Below, in pieces: positions 14,249 through 28,849 of a stretch of DNA of 64,000 nt. The stretch lies in NCBI GenBank assembly GCA_964016885.1, contig OZ024746.1, positions 84,816,001-84,880,000 on the forward strand, written 5' to 3'. The position numbers and the translations under genes are program-made. The notes under the pieces are model-generated. The model did no database searches and was not told the origin of the DNA. It saw only the letters and a list, made by a program, of their open reading frames with translations. Source of the stretch: Eledone cirrhosa. Its lineage: Eukaryota. Every line of letters starts with the position of its first letter. Position 1 is the first letter of the stretch.

Positions 14249-14317
<69 letters not shown>

Positions 14318-15357
14318 TATGAGCTGTGTATGTGCGTGTATGCCTGCATATCTGTGTGTGTGCGTGTGCGTGTGCGTGTGTGTGTATGAGCTGTGTATGT
14401 GTGTGTGTATGCCTGCATATCTGTGTGTGTGTGTGCGTGCGTGCGTGCGCGTGTGTTCATAACCTGTATCTTAGCGGCTGGATAAAGACAGATCGATAAA
14501 ATATGTATTACATTTGAGAAAATGATTGTTGGAGAGGGTATGATCGACCAAACTCTTTCAAGTGGGTGCCCAGTAATGCCCAGTAATGCACTGGGTCGAT
14601 TTAATCGACTTTCCTCTTCTCCCCCCCCCCCCCCCCAATTTCTGGCCTTGTGCGTAAAATAGAAATCATTATTATTGTTATTGTTATTATTATTCAAAAC
14701 TGTGAGATATGTTGAAACCCTGACATGAAACCTAAACTTCTTTATAGATTCTACCTTATGCCATAAATATTATTTCAAATGCAATAAAATCTAAAAATTA
14801 TTATTAAATAAAATAAAAAAATTCTTTATTTGATAAATACCCGTAAAATCACTAATTTAATTTCTGAGTTCACATGTCCTTGTGATAATGGTAAACATCA
14901 TGTTAATATTTTATTTATTACATTACACTGAATGTTTTCAATTATAAATAGGTTAATTTGCACTTGCTAAACATCGCGTTATTATATCTTATTAAACTCA
15001 ATGACAGAAAATTGGTAAATATATAAAGTCGTTACCATAGAAACAATTTTAAAAAGATTATCTACGAAAACAAAAATGATCTTAGATTACACAGATTCTA
15101 ACTTAAATTGGAATCTTCTTAAAGAAATACGAGAAACCAATTAGAATTTGTCTTAGATGATAGGTTACAGTGAAATCAGTTTTGAAAAACAACATTGCCA
15201 CTAAAGTAGAGAATTGATATAATTAGATTTATGCATTGTTTATTACCATACAACTTGCGAAAATGATAATTGGGGGGAAGGGGTGTTGAACTATTATTAT
15301 TTTTCTCTATATTCTTCCCTGAACACGTCACATGTATACATACATACATACACACAT

Positions 15358-15390
<33 letters not shown>

Positions 15391-15596
15391 CATGCACATA
15401 TAACCATATATATATCCATACATATATACACATATATATATGCACACACACACACACACAGATATATATATACACACACACACATAAATATATATATATA
15501 TATAATTCAAGAAACATGGTTCGCTATACAATAAGGGCTTTATTCACATTGCTGACAATTGTTTCTTGGACTGCCTATAACGATAACCTGTTATCC

Positions 15597-15632
<36 letters not shown>

Positions 15633-15841
15633 GGAACGAGTAGGACCCCGACGGCTGAGCTCAAGCCGTTTCGACGGCTATTTCTGGACTAGACGGGTAA
15701 TTCTGGACTAGAATTAGCCGTCGAAACGGCTTGAGCTCAGCCGTCGGGATCCTACTCGTTCCTATTACCCACTCTACTACCCTAAGTATTGAGTACTTTG
15801 GGTCGTTATGGTCCATCAAGTTCCGTACCACATTTCCTTCG

Positions 15842-15843
<2 letters not shown>
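15633..15843 (+). mobile_element. TA-flanked asymmetric fold-back element, family B, copy 1
   Basis: Inverted arms ~15633-15685 / 15710-15762 plus ~80-bp tail; contains the HHR 3' half GAAACGGCT-TGAGCTC-AGCCGTC. Confidence 0.88.
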
Positions 15844-15878
<35 letters not shown>

Positions 15879-16081
15879 TGAATGTATATGTTGATATGTT
15901 GTCATAAAATTGTAGGAATCTCAAACACGGAAGCAGCTGTGAAATAGCCGGCTGCTATTGAGCATAGCAAAAAGTCGGATTAAAATCTAACCTCATATTG
16001 AGCAGAAGAACGTTCAGAGAAGAAGGGAAAGTGGAGGAGAATGAAAGAGTGTCTAAAGCATGACATGAGAAACGAGAGAAG

Positions 16082-16141
<60 letters not shown>

Positions 16142-17749
16142 GAGAAGAGAGGAGAAGAGCGGAGAAGAAAAGCGGGAATTTACATACATATAAATAAATA
16201 CACACGCACATATACATACACACACGCACACACACGAACACATATATATCAATCTCTCAATCTATATAGAGATTTATGCTTCGTCTTTTTTATGTGTATC
16301 TTTTTTAACAGTTGATCGCTATCCTCATGACAAGGGATCGATCAATGATGCAAGAAGATTGATGATTGTTTTTTCGAAGCAAAACAAAATTGTTGTAGTG
16401 AGGTTTGAATTCGTGATCATGTGGTAATTAGTGCTATACCTTAGCCTTACGTCGTTCATATATTATTTATTAAACCCGCAAGTCTAATAAAAAGCCAAAT
16501 ATCATATAAGTAGCATCTACAATTCAACACTAACCTAAACAATTCTACATATTGCAGTGGTTTTTAAAGTTTTCAGTCTTTGTTTTCAGTCTTTGTTTTC
16601 AGTCTTTAAAAAAAACTTCTTTAATTCATTCGGCATTAAAAGAAAAATAGGGTGAAGGATAATTGAATTTTGTGTTTGAGCACGAAAGGGAGATATCTCT
16701 ATGGCGCTAAATTTGCTGCTTTGAACTTATTCTAAGTTAAAACGTTTTATTCATCCATGCATTAAGTTTTAGTATTACTCACAATTAACATACTCTGTGG
16801 TTATTTCCATACAGCTTAATGTACGTCTACTCAGTACAATTTCCGAACAGTTGATACGTCAACTAAAATCCCATTAATGTAGCAAAGTAAAGCAAATGAA
16901 CAAGAATAGAATAACACGGTATTATGGTGGATCCTACATCATTAAATCAACTGAATGTCCGACATGTGCATTAACACGTGTAGCCTTAACGTAATTCTCA
17001 AGCAGAATCTTCCTGACATAATTTGACTTAGCTAAAACTTTGAATTACAGGTACAATTATACTGATAGGCCTCGACACAAGGTGATAGTTAAAAGACTTG
17101 TCCAAGCTGCTACACATTGGGATGGTACTCGTTATCTCATCATTACAAAGTGACCGAGCGAACTTGTTTATCACTCAGCCTTACCTACGTCAACACAATA
17201 CTTTAAATATATTAAACTAAACCTAAGCAAATATTATAGTCGACATATTATATTCTTCTTAAATTGCATCCAGTAACAGAGATCTAAGGTGATACGCCCA
17301 TGAGTATCTTCTTCTTCTTCTTCTTCTTCTTCTTCTTCTTCTTCTTCTTCTTCTTCTTCTTCTTCTTCTTCTTCAGAGCACAGGTTTGGTTACATTTATA
17401 TAGAAGAAGTTGTCCACGCAGAAGGTTTCAATACTTCCCAATATTGTTTTAACTCTTGCTGTCTATTCTTTCGTCAAACCCGATCAAACTTATCTATGAT
17501 CAAATAATTTCTATAAAATATATTTTTTCGTTTTACTCAAACTGCATTATCCGTCCCTTTCTTTTTCTTAAAAGAAAACGAAAACGCAGAGAGTAAGTTT
17601 TAGTCGCTATTTCTAGCAGATCAAGTTAGCACAAACCAAATTTAGCAAATTTAGTACAAAACGCAGTGTGACCCTAGATTATTATTTGAAAATTAGTCTG
17701 TAATATCTTATCCGGTATGAAGTCTTATGATTGGGAAAGTAAATAACGA

Positions 17750-17839
<90 letters not shown>

Positions 17840-17904
17840 CAGTAGTACTAGATGTATAGTATTCAACATAAAATGGCTGATCTAAATTGATCACAAGAAC
17901 TTGA

Positions 17905-18040
17905 ACCGCCGAGGTTAGCTTTTCCTTTCATCCTTACGGGGTCGATAAAATAAAGCACCAGTAATGGACTGAGATCGATTTAATCGACTTTCCCCTCCCC
18001 TTCAAATTGCTGGCCTTGTGCCTAAAGTAGAAACAATTAT
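17905..18040 (+). mobile_element. SINE S1 long variant, 5'-truncated
   Basis: Central domain, GATTTAATCGACTTTCCCCTCCCC segment and 3' end. Confidence 0.85.
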
Positions 18041-18552
18041 TACAAGTATAATGCTTCCAGCTCCACATTACTTAATATTAATTTCAGCCTGTTGAGAATC
18101 ATTTGTTTGTGTATGTGTATGTCACACACACCACACACAGACACACACACACATAATATATATGTGTGTTTGCGTGTGTTTGTGTGTGTTTGTGTGTGTG
18201 TTTGTGTGTGTGTTTGTGTGTGTTTGTGTGTGTTTGTGTGTGTGTTTGTGTGTGTTTGTGTGTGTTTGTGTGTGTGTGCATATATGGATATACAATGAAA
18301 TATGCGCACGAAAGACTGGGCGTACGAGTTAACATGAGGCCTCGGTGTGGTCACAATATTGTTGGCGAGATGAGGAGAGATGTATGAAGGAGAAGTAGCT
18401 GTGACTCGGGGTTAGCCAGATCTGGGGATGTGGGTTCCCTAAGAGAGACCCTCAATGATAATGAGACATAACATTTGTAGTGAGACTAAAACTTTTATTT
18501 ATTTGTTCCTCTTGATCTTAGGTGAGTACGATAATGTATTCTTGATATGTAG

Positions 18553-19200
18553 AATTGTTTCTACTTTTGGCACAAGGCCAGCAATTACACCAGTGTATTA
18601 CTGGTACTTTATTTTATCGACTACGTAAGGATGAAGGGCAAAGTTAACCTCGACGGGATTTGAACTAAGTCCGTAAAGGGCTATAAATCTATGCTGCAAA
18701 GCATGGCGTCCGACCCTCTACCGATGCTGCCAATAATAATGGTTTCTTATATAGGCACAAGGTCAGCAATTTTGGGGGAGGGGAAAGTCGATGAAATCGA
18801 TCCCAGTGCCTACCTGGTACTTTATTTTATCGACCACGTAAGTTAACTTCGGCGGGATTTGAACTCATATCATAAAAGGACGTAACTCCATGCTGGAAAG
18901 CATGGCGTCCGACTCTCTACCGATACTGCCAAACCATTGTATATTTGTGCTATTGAAGCAGATAAGATTAGCAAGACTGAGAAAAAAATATTTGAATTTC
19001 CGTTGAAAAATAGAAATAATTGTTTCTACTTTAGGCACAAGGCCAGCAATTACCCAGTGCATTACTGGTACTTTATTTTATCGACCCCGTAAGGATGAAA
19101 GGCAAAGTCAACCTCGGCGGGATTTGAACTCAGATCGTAAAGGGACGTAACTATGCTGGAAAGCATGGCGTCCGACCCTCCACCGATACTGCCAATCCAC
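18553..19200 (-). mobile_element. Cluster of three SINE S1 copies (18553-18733, 18735-18935, 19016-19200)
   Basis: Each shows A/B boxes and the S1 3' end on the minus strand. Confidence 0.9.
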
Positions 19201-20055
19201 TACTTTGAGACATTACTGACCGCTCTCTTTTCGTGCCTGTCGCCGTCGAGAACTCTTGTGTATCCTCCACAAAATCAGGAGGAGTGCATCCCTTCTAAGT
19301 AAAGTACTCTGTGAGGTAAAATGTTTGATGTAGCGGATGTCGCTGGTTGTTCTCTGCTGTAATACCTCCATCACTTTGTCCGCCAATACCCAACTTCTCT
19401 TACGTTCGCTAGTTAATATTTTTCTCTTTCTTCTTAATATGCAAACGTTGATAAATTGTAAATTACTTTCTTTACTTTTAAATAAAATCCCAACATTTAT
19501 TTATTATTTAAAAAAAGCATCGTTTAACTATAAATATATAGGTATATCACTTAAAAGTTATAATGAAGTTAAATAATGAAACAAAAAGAAAAAAAGAAGA
19601 AAAAGATTTACGTAGCAAGTCATAGATATAATATAATATACATGCTGAACAATAGTTAAGCTACTGATAATATTTTTAATGCATGGAGCATTAAATATAT
19701 ATTTCTTTTTAGCCTTTAATGTTCCGTACATTAAATAACATTTTATGCAGATTGCGCCTTTGAATTATTTAATTTCTAAACAATCTTATGCTAATACATG
19801 TACAATCTTGTATATTTATTTTCTGTATGTTCATTCTTCACTGCTTCCTTAAGTACGATAAAGGCTATGCTGCACTGAGGCGGATAAAATCATACCAAAA
19901 CATATCGGAAGTTTTCTTCAGTACTTATCATACAACTGAAAACAATATTAGTCAAAGAGTAATGTAATTATTTTAACATTTTTGTCACATAGCAGATAAA
20001 TTTCGAGCTAAATATTTAATGCCCCAACCATGTAAACTGGTTCTTTACAGCACAT

Positions 20056-20097
<42 letters not shown>

Positions 20098-20211
20098 GCG
20101 CGCATCGCGCGCAGACGCACGCACGAATACATATTGAGCGACAGAATTACATAAACATTTATATATTGGTAATTAAGAGTCTCTCTTCCACTCAGCTCTC
20201 TCTCCGACCCC

Positions 20212-20253
<42 letters not shown>

Positions 20254-20299
20254 GTATTGAGTACCTTACTTACTGTGGTTATCCCCGATTGAACCCATG

Positions 20300-20376
<77 letters not shown>

Positions 20377-21009
20377 AATACTTGCAACTATAAGCATGAA
20401 TCTGTATAAAATTGTGTCTGTGTGTGTATGTCTCTGTCTGCATGTGTATGAATATGTGTATGTGTGTGTGTGTGTGTGTGATAAAGATTCCCGAATCACA
20501 TTCTATTTGATGAACTAAAAAAACTCCCTTTTGCGTACTTGGATATTAGAAGTAAATGTTGCATATAATATTTCAGTCAAAACAACCAAAGAGATGTTTA
20601 AAAAATGGGAACTAAATTAATATCACACATGTATATTCATAAATTAAGGCGATGGTTTACTCTTATTTCCTCTTATTTCGAGAAAGAATATCCAAACCTA
20701 GTGGCATTCAAAAAGACTAAAAAAATTAAGCATTTCTTTTGCTAAAGTAATTTACTGACTTTGGAGAAAATCTGATCTTCGTTCGCATACAAGGAATGTT
20801 TACATATTATTGGACCTCGTTATCATATCTATTTAAATTGGCTTCGATCACTCTGATATATAAAAGTATTTCAATTTCAAATTACATAGTATGAAACTTT
20901 GTTCTTATGTTTATGGAATTAACTTTATAAATCTACACTGAAAAATGTTAAATATTACGTCTTTTACTCGTTCATCTTACATGTATATGTAGTATGTTGT
21001 TTTGACAAT

Positions 21010-21320
21010 ATAATTGTTTCTACTTTTGGTACAAGGTCAGCAATTACCCAGTGCATTACTGGTACTTTATTTTATCGACCCCGTAAGGATGAAAGGCAAA
21101 GTTAACCTCGACGGGATTTGAACTCAGACCGTAAAGGGACGTAACTATGCTAGAAAGCATGGCCTCCGACCCTCCGCCGATACTGCCAATTCACCGCCCT
21201 TACAGTTTTTACTTTTGGCACAAGGCCAGCGATTACCCCAGTGCATCACTGGTACTGTATTTTATCGCCACCGTAAGGATGAAAAGCAAAGTTAACCTCA
21301 GCGGGATTTGAACTCAGATC
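21010..21320 (-). mobile_element. Two adjacent SINE S1 copies (21010-21200 full length; 21205-21320 truncated)
   Basis: Sequence match to the other S1 copies. Confidence 0.9.
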
Positions 21321-22479
21321 ATACTGCTATAATTTATTTCGCTCTGTATCTTTTAAGGATCAGCTTCTTTTACATTTCTCCCCCTTTCTTCCTCTCTCAC
21401 TCTCACTCCTCCTCTCTGACTATGCCGCCCCCTCTCCATTTATCTACCTATCTATCTATCTTTCTTTCTTTCACTCTTTTACTTTTCTTTTTCTTACTCC
21501 TCTTCCACGTTTCTCTTTCATTTTCTCACCCACCTCCTCTCTCCCCCCTCTCTCTCCCCCTCTCTCTCTCTCTCTCTTTCACTCTCTCTCTTTCTCTCTC
21601 TCTCTCCTCCAGATTCCCTCCGCACTCCCATTATTCTCTTTCTCTATTTTTTCCATCCTCTCTTTACTGCCACCCTATGTTCAAATGCCTTAATTATTCG
21701 AATTAATGTCATATTTAGCTGCAATTCCATCTCTTGCCCCAGGGGCAGAGGGTTGGTAAAGGGTCTGTATTTTGTTATTGTTGTTTTTTTTAGATTTTTT
21801 TTTTTTTGTTATATCCTTACCCTAGATCGTTCTCCTCTGTTGAGTGGATACAATCTTCATTTCTTATTAAATCGCCTTAGGGCATGGTATTGGCCCCTAT
21901 GAATTTGATCTTTTGGCAACAAGCTACTTCAAAATTTCATCCTTCTTCTGGAGTCCACTGTCATGTACTTTTTTCATTTTTAATCTATGAGATATTTGAT
22001 TACACACACGTAGGTGTGTATGTGTACGTATGTATATGTAATTATATATCTGAGTGTGTATGTATGAATATATCTATGTGTGTGTGTAATGGTATGGAAA
22101 ATATACTTCTTAATACATATCTTAATACATGTCTAAACTAGTAGTTCTTAAACTAGAGGTCACAGAACCCCTGCCCCATCCGCGCTGACACGTAAACATG
22201 ATTTAGAGTTACAGAACATTCATGGAGAATTCTAAAATTTATTTTTAGAGCAATTTATGAGTGTATTACAATTATATATACGTAAAATTTATACGCAAGA
22301 AAATTCTGTCCGCGCGTGGGCCCCCATTTGTTCATAATAGTAAGAGGTGGGGAGAGTGGGAGGGACGGAGATAGTGGCAGGGGAGTTTGGTTCTTTTGTG
22401 TTCGAACCTAGTGTATATGTATACGGACACACACATGTATCTACAACAACAGAAACAAGTTCTATCAAGCATTAAACCC

Positions 22480-23570
22480 CTTTATGGTCTGAGTTCAAAT
22501 CCCGCCGAGGTTAACTTTGCCTTTCATCCTTACGAGGTCGATAAAATAAAGTACCAGTAATACACTGGCTAATTGCTGGCCTTATGCCGAAAGTAGAAAC
22601 AATTATATTGTCAAAACAACGGAGGGCGGTGGTTTGGCAGTATCTGTAGAGCGTCAGACATCAGGCTTTGCAGCATAGAGTTATGGCCCTTTGTGTTCTG
22701 AGTTCAAATGTTCTGAGGTTAACTTTGCCTTTCATCTTTAAGGGGTCGATAAAATAAAGTACCAGTGATGCACTGGGATAATCGCTGGCTTTGTACCAAG
22801 AGTAGAAACAATTATTATTATCAGGGTGAGGGTGGTGGATTGACAGTATCGGTAGAGGGTCGGACGCCATGCTTTGCAGCATAGAGTTACGCCGCTTTAC
22901 GGTCTGAGTTCAAATCCCGCCGAAGTTAACTTTGCCTTTCATCCTTATGGGGTCGATAAAATAAAGTACCAGTCACGCTCTGGGGTCAATTTAATCGAAT
23001 TCCCCTTCCCCCAAATTGTTGGCCTTGTGCCTATATAAGAAACCATTATTACCAGGGTGGTGAGTTCAAATCCCGCCGAGGTTTACTTTGCCTTTCATCC
23101 TTACGGGGTCGATAAAATAAAGTACTAGTCACGCACTGGGTAATTGCTGGCCTTGTGCCAAAAGTAGAAACCATTATTACCAGGGTGGTGGATTGGTACT
23201 TGCAGCATATTGTTCCTACACTTTGAGTTCCGTGTTCAAATCCTACTGAGGTCGACTTTCATTCTTCTGGCGTACCAGCCAAGTACTTGAGTCGATATAA
23301 TCGAATTTCTATCCCCTTCAATCTGTTGGTCTAGTGTATTGATTAGAAAGCTTTCTCCTCATCAACGTCAGCGTGGTGGCTTGGCAGAATAATTAGAGAT
23401 TTGACTAAATGCCTTGTGGTTAATTGTTCCCCTTTTTTATATTATGGGTTAAAGTTTCATTGAGGTCAATTTTATTTTCCGCCCTTCCGGAGTCGATAAA
23501 ATAAAGTACCAGTCAAGTACTGGGGTCGATTTAATCGACTTTTCGCTATACCCTCTAAATTAGAAACTAT
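22480..23570 (+). mobile_element. Head-to-tail cluster of ~6 SINE S1 copies of different ages
   Basis: B box/central domain at ~22490, 22700, 22906, 23062, 23235 and 23450; TSD ATTATTACCAGGGTGGTG at 23045 and 23173. Confidence 0.88.
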
Positions 23571-23643
23571 TATTTTTATCGTTGTTATTAAAATTGTAAT
23601 ATAATTTGTAGTACTAGTCGATGTAGTGCCAGCAGCAGTAGCG

Positions 23644-23706
<63 letters not shown>

Positions 23707-23734
23707 TTATTATTATTAGTAGTAGTAGTAGTAA

Positions 23735-23799
<65 letters not shown>

Positions 23800-24784
23800 A
23801 AAATGAAGAAGCAGAAGAGCGAAAGATGAAAGCCACAATTTCAACAACATAACCAAATCTAACAGGCAACAACAACAACAACAACAACAACAACAGTAAC
23901 AACAACAACGACAAAGCAACAAAAAGTCTTATCAGAAATGAGACCTGAGATCTGACAAGGCAGTACTAGTGGTAATGGTGTGGTGGTGGTGGTGCTGTAG
24001 TGGTGGTGGTGGTGGGTCAGCCAAGCTTTTAAAAGATGGATGTGTGTATGTGTGTGTATGTGAGTGTGTGTGAGTGTGTGTGTGAGTGTGTGAGTGTGTG
24101 AGTGTGTGAGTGTGTGTGTGTATGTATGTGCGTGTGTGTGTATGTGTGTGTATGTGTGTGTATGCGTGTATGTGAGTCTGTGTGTGTATGTGTGTGTGTA
24201 TGTGTGTATGTGATTCTGTGTGTCTATGTGTGTGTATGTGTGTGTATGCGTGTATGTGAATCTGTGTGTGTATGTATGTGTGTATGTGTGTATGTGTATG
24301 TGTGTATGCGTGTATGTGATTCTGTGTGTGTATGTGTGTGTATATGTGTGTGTATGTGTGTGTGTGTGTGAGAGAGTGTGTGGTGTATGTGTGTTTAGTG
24401 GGTCACGATATTAAAGCAATCGACCCCCCCCCGCCAACACTTGTCTCAAATGATGGGAACAATAATAACACAAAAATAGGAAAAGAAACAAAGAGGGCCA
24501 TGTAGCGGTGGTGGTGGTGATGGTGGTGGTGATGGTAGCGGTGGTGGTGGTGATGGTAGTGGTGGTGGTGGTGACTGTGATAGAGGAAAGGAAGAGGGGT
24601 GGTGGTGATGGTAGTGGTGGTGGTGGTGTTGGTGGTGGTGTTGGAGGTGTTGGTAGAGGAGGAGGTGGTGGGGCTGGTGGTTGTAGTGATATTGATAGTA
24701 GTAGAGGTAGTGTGGTGGTGGTAGAGAAGGAGGAGGAGGAGGCGGCGGTGGTGGTAGTGAAAGAGGAGGAAGTGTTGTTGCTGT

Positions 24785-24816
<32 letters not shown>

Positions 24817-25211
24817 GGTGGTAGTGCAGCGGTTGTTGTTGCTATAGTGTGTTATTGTTGTAGTAATAGTAGGGTTGGTAGGGGAACTGTAGAATATCAG
24901 AATTAGTTGAGAGAGAGATGGGTTGGGTGGGGAGTATAACGAGGCGTTTGGAACTCTTGTGCACGAGCCGTACAAGGTCCCACCCCGCTCTCTCTCTCTC
25001 ACATACACACATACACTCCGTGTCTGTCGGTGAAGAAGTAAAGAATTGAAGAAGTGAATATTTTGAAGTAGCCTTGATTACATCCATGATCTTTTAAACC
25101 TGCAAGCAACCTCTCACGTTACAAATTTATATTCATCTATAAATTTCATTTGCCAATCTGTAACATATATTTATATATATATATATATATATATTTGTGT
25201 GTGTATGTATG

Positions 25212-25242
<31 letters not shown>

Positions 25243-25698
25243 ATATTCAATTATTTGTCTATTTATTTGATCCAAACTTAAGTGGTGATAGATGTCGGTA
25301 TTGCTTCTGAAGTTGTGGAGCTGTGTCATTGTGAGTAGTTATAGCACTGTGTGGAGCTGTTATGCTGTGAAAATCTGTGTGGAGCTACAACATTGTGATA
25401 CCATGGAGAGTTGTAAGGCTCTGAGATTATAATATTGAGACATTAAGACATAGGATAACACTGTGCCTCTGCTAGTTTCATAGATTTAACTCCTTGAACC
25501 AAACTAGTTAAAATTTTTGATTTTATGTTATAATATCACCAACAAATTAATTTTTCGGAAGCTGTTTAATTGATGTACGTTGGAAGTTGCTTATTATAAT
25601 GTTGGAAAATACTATCACAGGGTTATTCTTAAATAAAAGGGTCCGTACACACACACACATACAATATATATATAAATATATATACATACATACATACA

Positions 25699-25733
<35 letters not shown>

Positions 25734-25734
25734 T

Positions 25735-25821
<87 letters not shown>

Positions 25822-25824
25822 TTG

Positions 25825-25856
<32 letters not shown>

Positions 25857-26071
25857 TATACATTTGTATATTTTATCGAAGCCTTAATGTAGAGGTATAA
25901 AAAGCAGGTAATTAATATTAAAGCATTATTAAAACGTGATTTTCTGACGATGTACTTTTGATGATTTGATTAATTACGTATCATCTGAACAATTCCAAAT
26001 TAAATTCAAACAATGCTTGTGAATTTATACACATACATGCATAGAAACACCTGCCCCCCCCCCCGCCCCCA

Positions 26072-26103
<32 letters not shown>

Positions 26104-26335
26104 GTATATATGTATATATGTATATATGTATGTATGCATGTATTATGTATGTGTGTATAAATATGCATGAATCTCTCTAAGCTTCATGTTCCCTTGAAGA
26201 ATCTTGGAGCGATTACAAACGGAAACAAGAGATCGAGGTCGGATGTTTATCTCATTAATATATCGATACTGTATCTAATCATGCATCAGGTACTACTCGG
26301 ATTTGTGGCTTCCAGTTCTCGGAGGCGCAGACACT

Positions 26336-26443
<108 letters not shown>

Positions 26444-26500
26444 GTTTCGTTTCTGAATTTGTTTAGCAAGATTCTTTATCTGAAAACGTGTGTTGAAACC

Positions 26501-26580
26501 GATATTGTTATACTTTAGGAGGGTCATGTTGCCAATAAGAAACACACGCACCAGTGCTTTCACTCCAATTTATTATAAAT
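26501..26580 (-). mobile_element. Family E terminal fragment between (TA)n arrays
   Basis: Reverse-complement match to 62390-62466. Confidence 0.65.
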
Positions 26581-26620
26581 TTAAAAATTATATATATGTA
26601 TGAATATATATATATATATA

Positions 26621-26723
<103 letters not shown>

Positions 26724-26776
26724 AAGTTAAATAAAAGTCAAATGATTAACATTTAGCTTCGTTTATTACTGGTATA

Positions 26777-26817
26777 GATATTTCAGTGACAGCCATCTTT
26801 GGCTGTGACCTCTTCAG
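26777..26817 (-). ncRNA. Hammerhead ribozyme core in a TA-flanked element (~26718-26946)
   Basis: Minus strand CTGAAGA-GGTCACAGCCA-AAGA-TGGCTGTCACT-GAAA-TA-TC; long stem II, weak stem I. Confidence 0.65.
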
Positions 26818-26943
26818 GCAGTTTGAATTAGTATGGTATAGACAAGTACATATGTTGTTTCGGTGTATAATATTGTATAATATTGTCAATACTCTGATAT
26901 GCCCAGTTCCTAGTTGGGTTGTTAATTCACTGAGGAACTGGAG

Positions 26944-26989
<46 letters not shown>

Positions 26990-26991
<2 letters not shown>

Positions 26992-27186
26992 CGAAGGAAA
27001 TGTGGTAAGGAACCAGGTGGACCATAACGCACCAAAGTACTCAATACTAGGGGTAGTAGAGTGGGTAATAGGAACCGGTAAGACCCCGACGGCTGAGCTC
27101 AAGCCGTTTCGACGGCTAATTCTGGACGTCCAGAATTAGCCGTCGAAACGGCTTGAGCTCAGCCGTCGGGGTCTTACCGGTTCCTA
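26990..27186 (-). mobile_element. Fold-back element family B, copy 2, perfect palindromic apex
   Basis: Perfect inverted repeat ~27069-27186 centred on GGACGTCC (27124-27131); long tail on the left. Confidence 0.9.
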
Positions 27187-27206
27187 TATATATATATATA
27201 TATATT

Positions 27207-27384
27207 TAATTAGAAAGTGCACAACACAAAATATAACTACTTCACCCAAAGGTTTCTGCATCCCAGACAAGACAATAATAATATACGTCTAGATCGGTCG
27301 TCAGACAGAGATGTTATATTATTATTGTCTGGGACCCAGAAACCTTTGGTAATGGAGTAGTTATATTTTGTGTTGTTCACTTTC

Positions 27385-27390
<6 letters not shown>
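27207..27390. mobile_element. TA-flanked near-symmetric fold-back element, family G
   Basis: TAATTAGAAAGTGCACAACACAAAATATAACTAC... / ...GTAGTTATATTTTGTGTTGTTCACTTTCTAATTA; arm carries GAAACC-TTT-GGTA, and the spacer has CTGACGA on the minus strand. Confidence 0.8.
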
Positions 27391-27426
<36 letters not shown>

Positions 27427-27427
<1 letters not shown>

Positions 27428-27645
27428 GTTTCGGACATTAGTCCTTCATCAAAAGATAGAATGAGAAATAAAAGATGAAATAGAAAGAAGGAGTGCAAGT
27501 GCAAGAAAAGGAAGGAACGGAAAAGAAAGAGAGAAAAGGTACGCATATATTTCGTGCGCCATAAGGGCCGAAACACTCGTTTGGGGGTGATTTCTTCTAT
27601 GAAGACCTTCTGATCTCCAGCTCTTCAGAGTGTTTCTAACTACTA
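27427..27645. mobile_element. TA-flanked HHR element, family D; minus-strand core at 27427-27452
   Basis: Minus strand TTGATGA-A-GGAC-TAAT-GTCC-GAAACG|TA; adjacent sequence matches 50627-50690; a second GAAAC half-motif at ~27570 on +. Confidence 0.7.
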
Positions 27646-27675
27646 TATACATACACACATAAGCATATATATATG

Positions 27676-27791
<116 letters not shown>

Positions 27792-27810
27792 CATATACAT
27801 ATATATGTGT

Positions 27811-27909
<99 letters not shown>

Positions 27910-28510
27910 TGCATGTACTGATGTATGGATGTGTATATATATGTATGTAGGAATGTGTGATGGAATATATGTATGTATATTTGGGTTGGTCAGAAACCAC
28001 CAGACATTTCATTTTTCAAAATATATTCACTCAATATTTTAAATTGTTTGAATATGTTCGATATTAAAAAAAAAGAACATCTTCATTAAAACATTGTAAT
28101 TATTATTATTATTATTATCATCATCATCAATATCACTCAAAGAAATTGTTAGTGAAAAATATATTACTTTTATTATTTTCATTATTATTATTATAAAATA
28201 TTTTGCAAAATAATACATATATATATATAGATAGATAGATAGATAGATATATATATATATTTATTAAAATAACATATATATATATATATTTTTTTAGACG
28301 ACTTCAAAATACAATCACAACACCAGCAGACACACCACCACCACCAACACCACCACTACTACCATCACCACCAACAAGAACTACATCAAAAATGATAATA
28401 ATAATAGTAATAATTTATTTTCTATCAAATGCAAAATAATTTGGAATTAATTTTATCAAGATAGCAAGTCCTACCTCATGTATGTTTTTTGTCTCTTTCC
28501 TTCATTATGA

Positions 28511-28548
<38 letters not shown>

Positions 28549-28647
28549 ATAATAATACATTTGAAGACTAAAATCCAAAGAGGGCTCGATAAGGATAAAT
28601 ATATATCAGATATATAAGAACCGTAGAGCAAATATTTATTAAAATAA

Positions 28648-28721
28648 CAGATTAAAGTTTAAGCAAAGAATCGCTGCTTTCACCCTTAACGGGATCTTCT
28701 GAAACTAACAAAGTCAATCTG
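28648..28721 (-). ncRNA. Type I hammerhead ribozyme variant (CAGAAGA core), family A left arm
   Basis: Minus strand CAGATT..AGTTT-CAGAAGA-TCCC-GTTAA-GGGT-GAAAGC-..-GCTT-AAACT..AATCTG. Confidence 0.65.
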
Positions 28722-28849
28722 TAAACGCAGAAGTGAATATTTCAAAAAACGTTACAACCGGAGGAAGACAGGAAGACGATACTTTGGTTCGTGGAAACGT
28801 TCTCTGGCAAAGAACGGGAAAAACGAATATAATACGTCATTATTTGGAG

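Noticed and set aside
15633-15843. Classifying the palindromic elements as ordinary MITEs or miRNA precursors
   Set aside because: Ends are asymmetric, apexes vary among copies and arms carry HHR half-cores. The MITE call is kept only for 13969-14069.
19230-19340. Possible mariner transposase N-terminal relic on the minus strand (EYFT*KGCTPPDFVED)
   Set aside because: Too short and degenerate, with no TIRs identified.
22140-22260. hAT-like terminus TAGTAGTTCTTAAACT..; mariner-like terminus at ~27980
   Set aside because: No matching second TIR or TSD found.
22480-23570. CRISPR-like or tRNA gene array
   Set aside because: Units are 110-220-bp SINE copies with Pol III boxes but no cloverleaf and no repeat-spacer structure; eukaryotic context.
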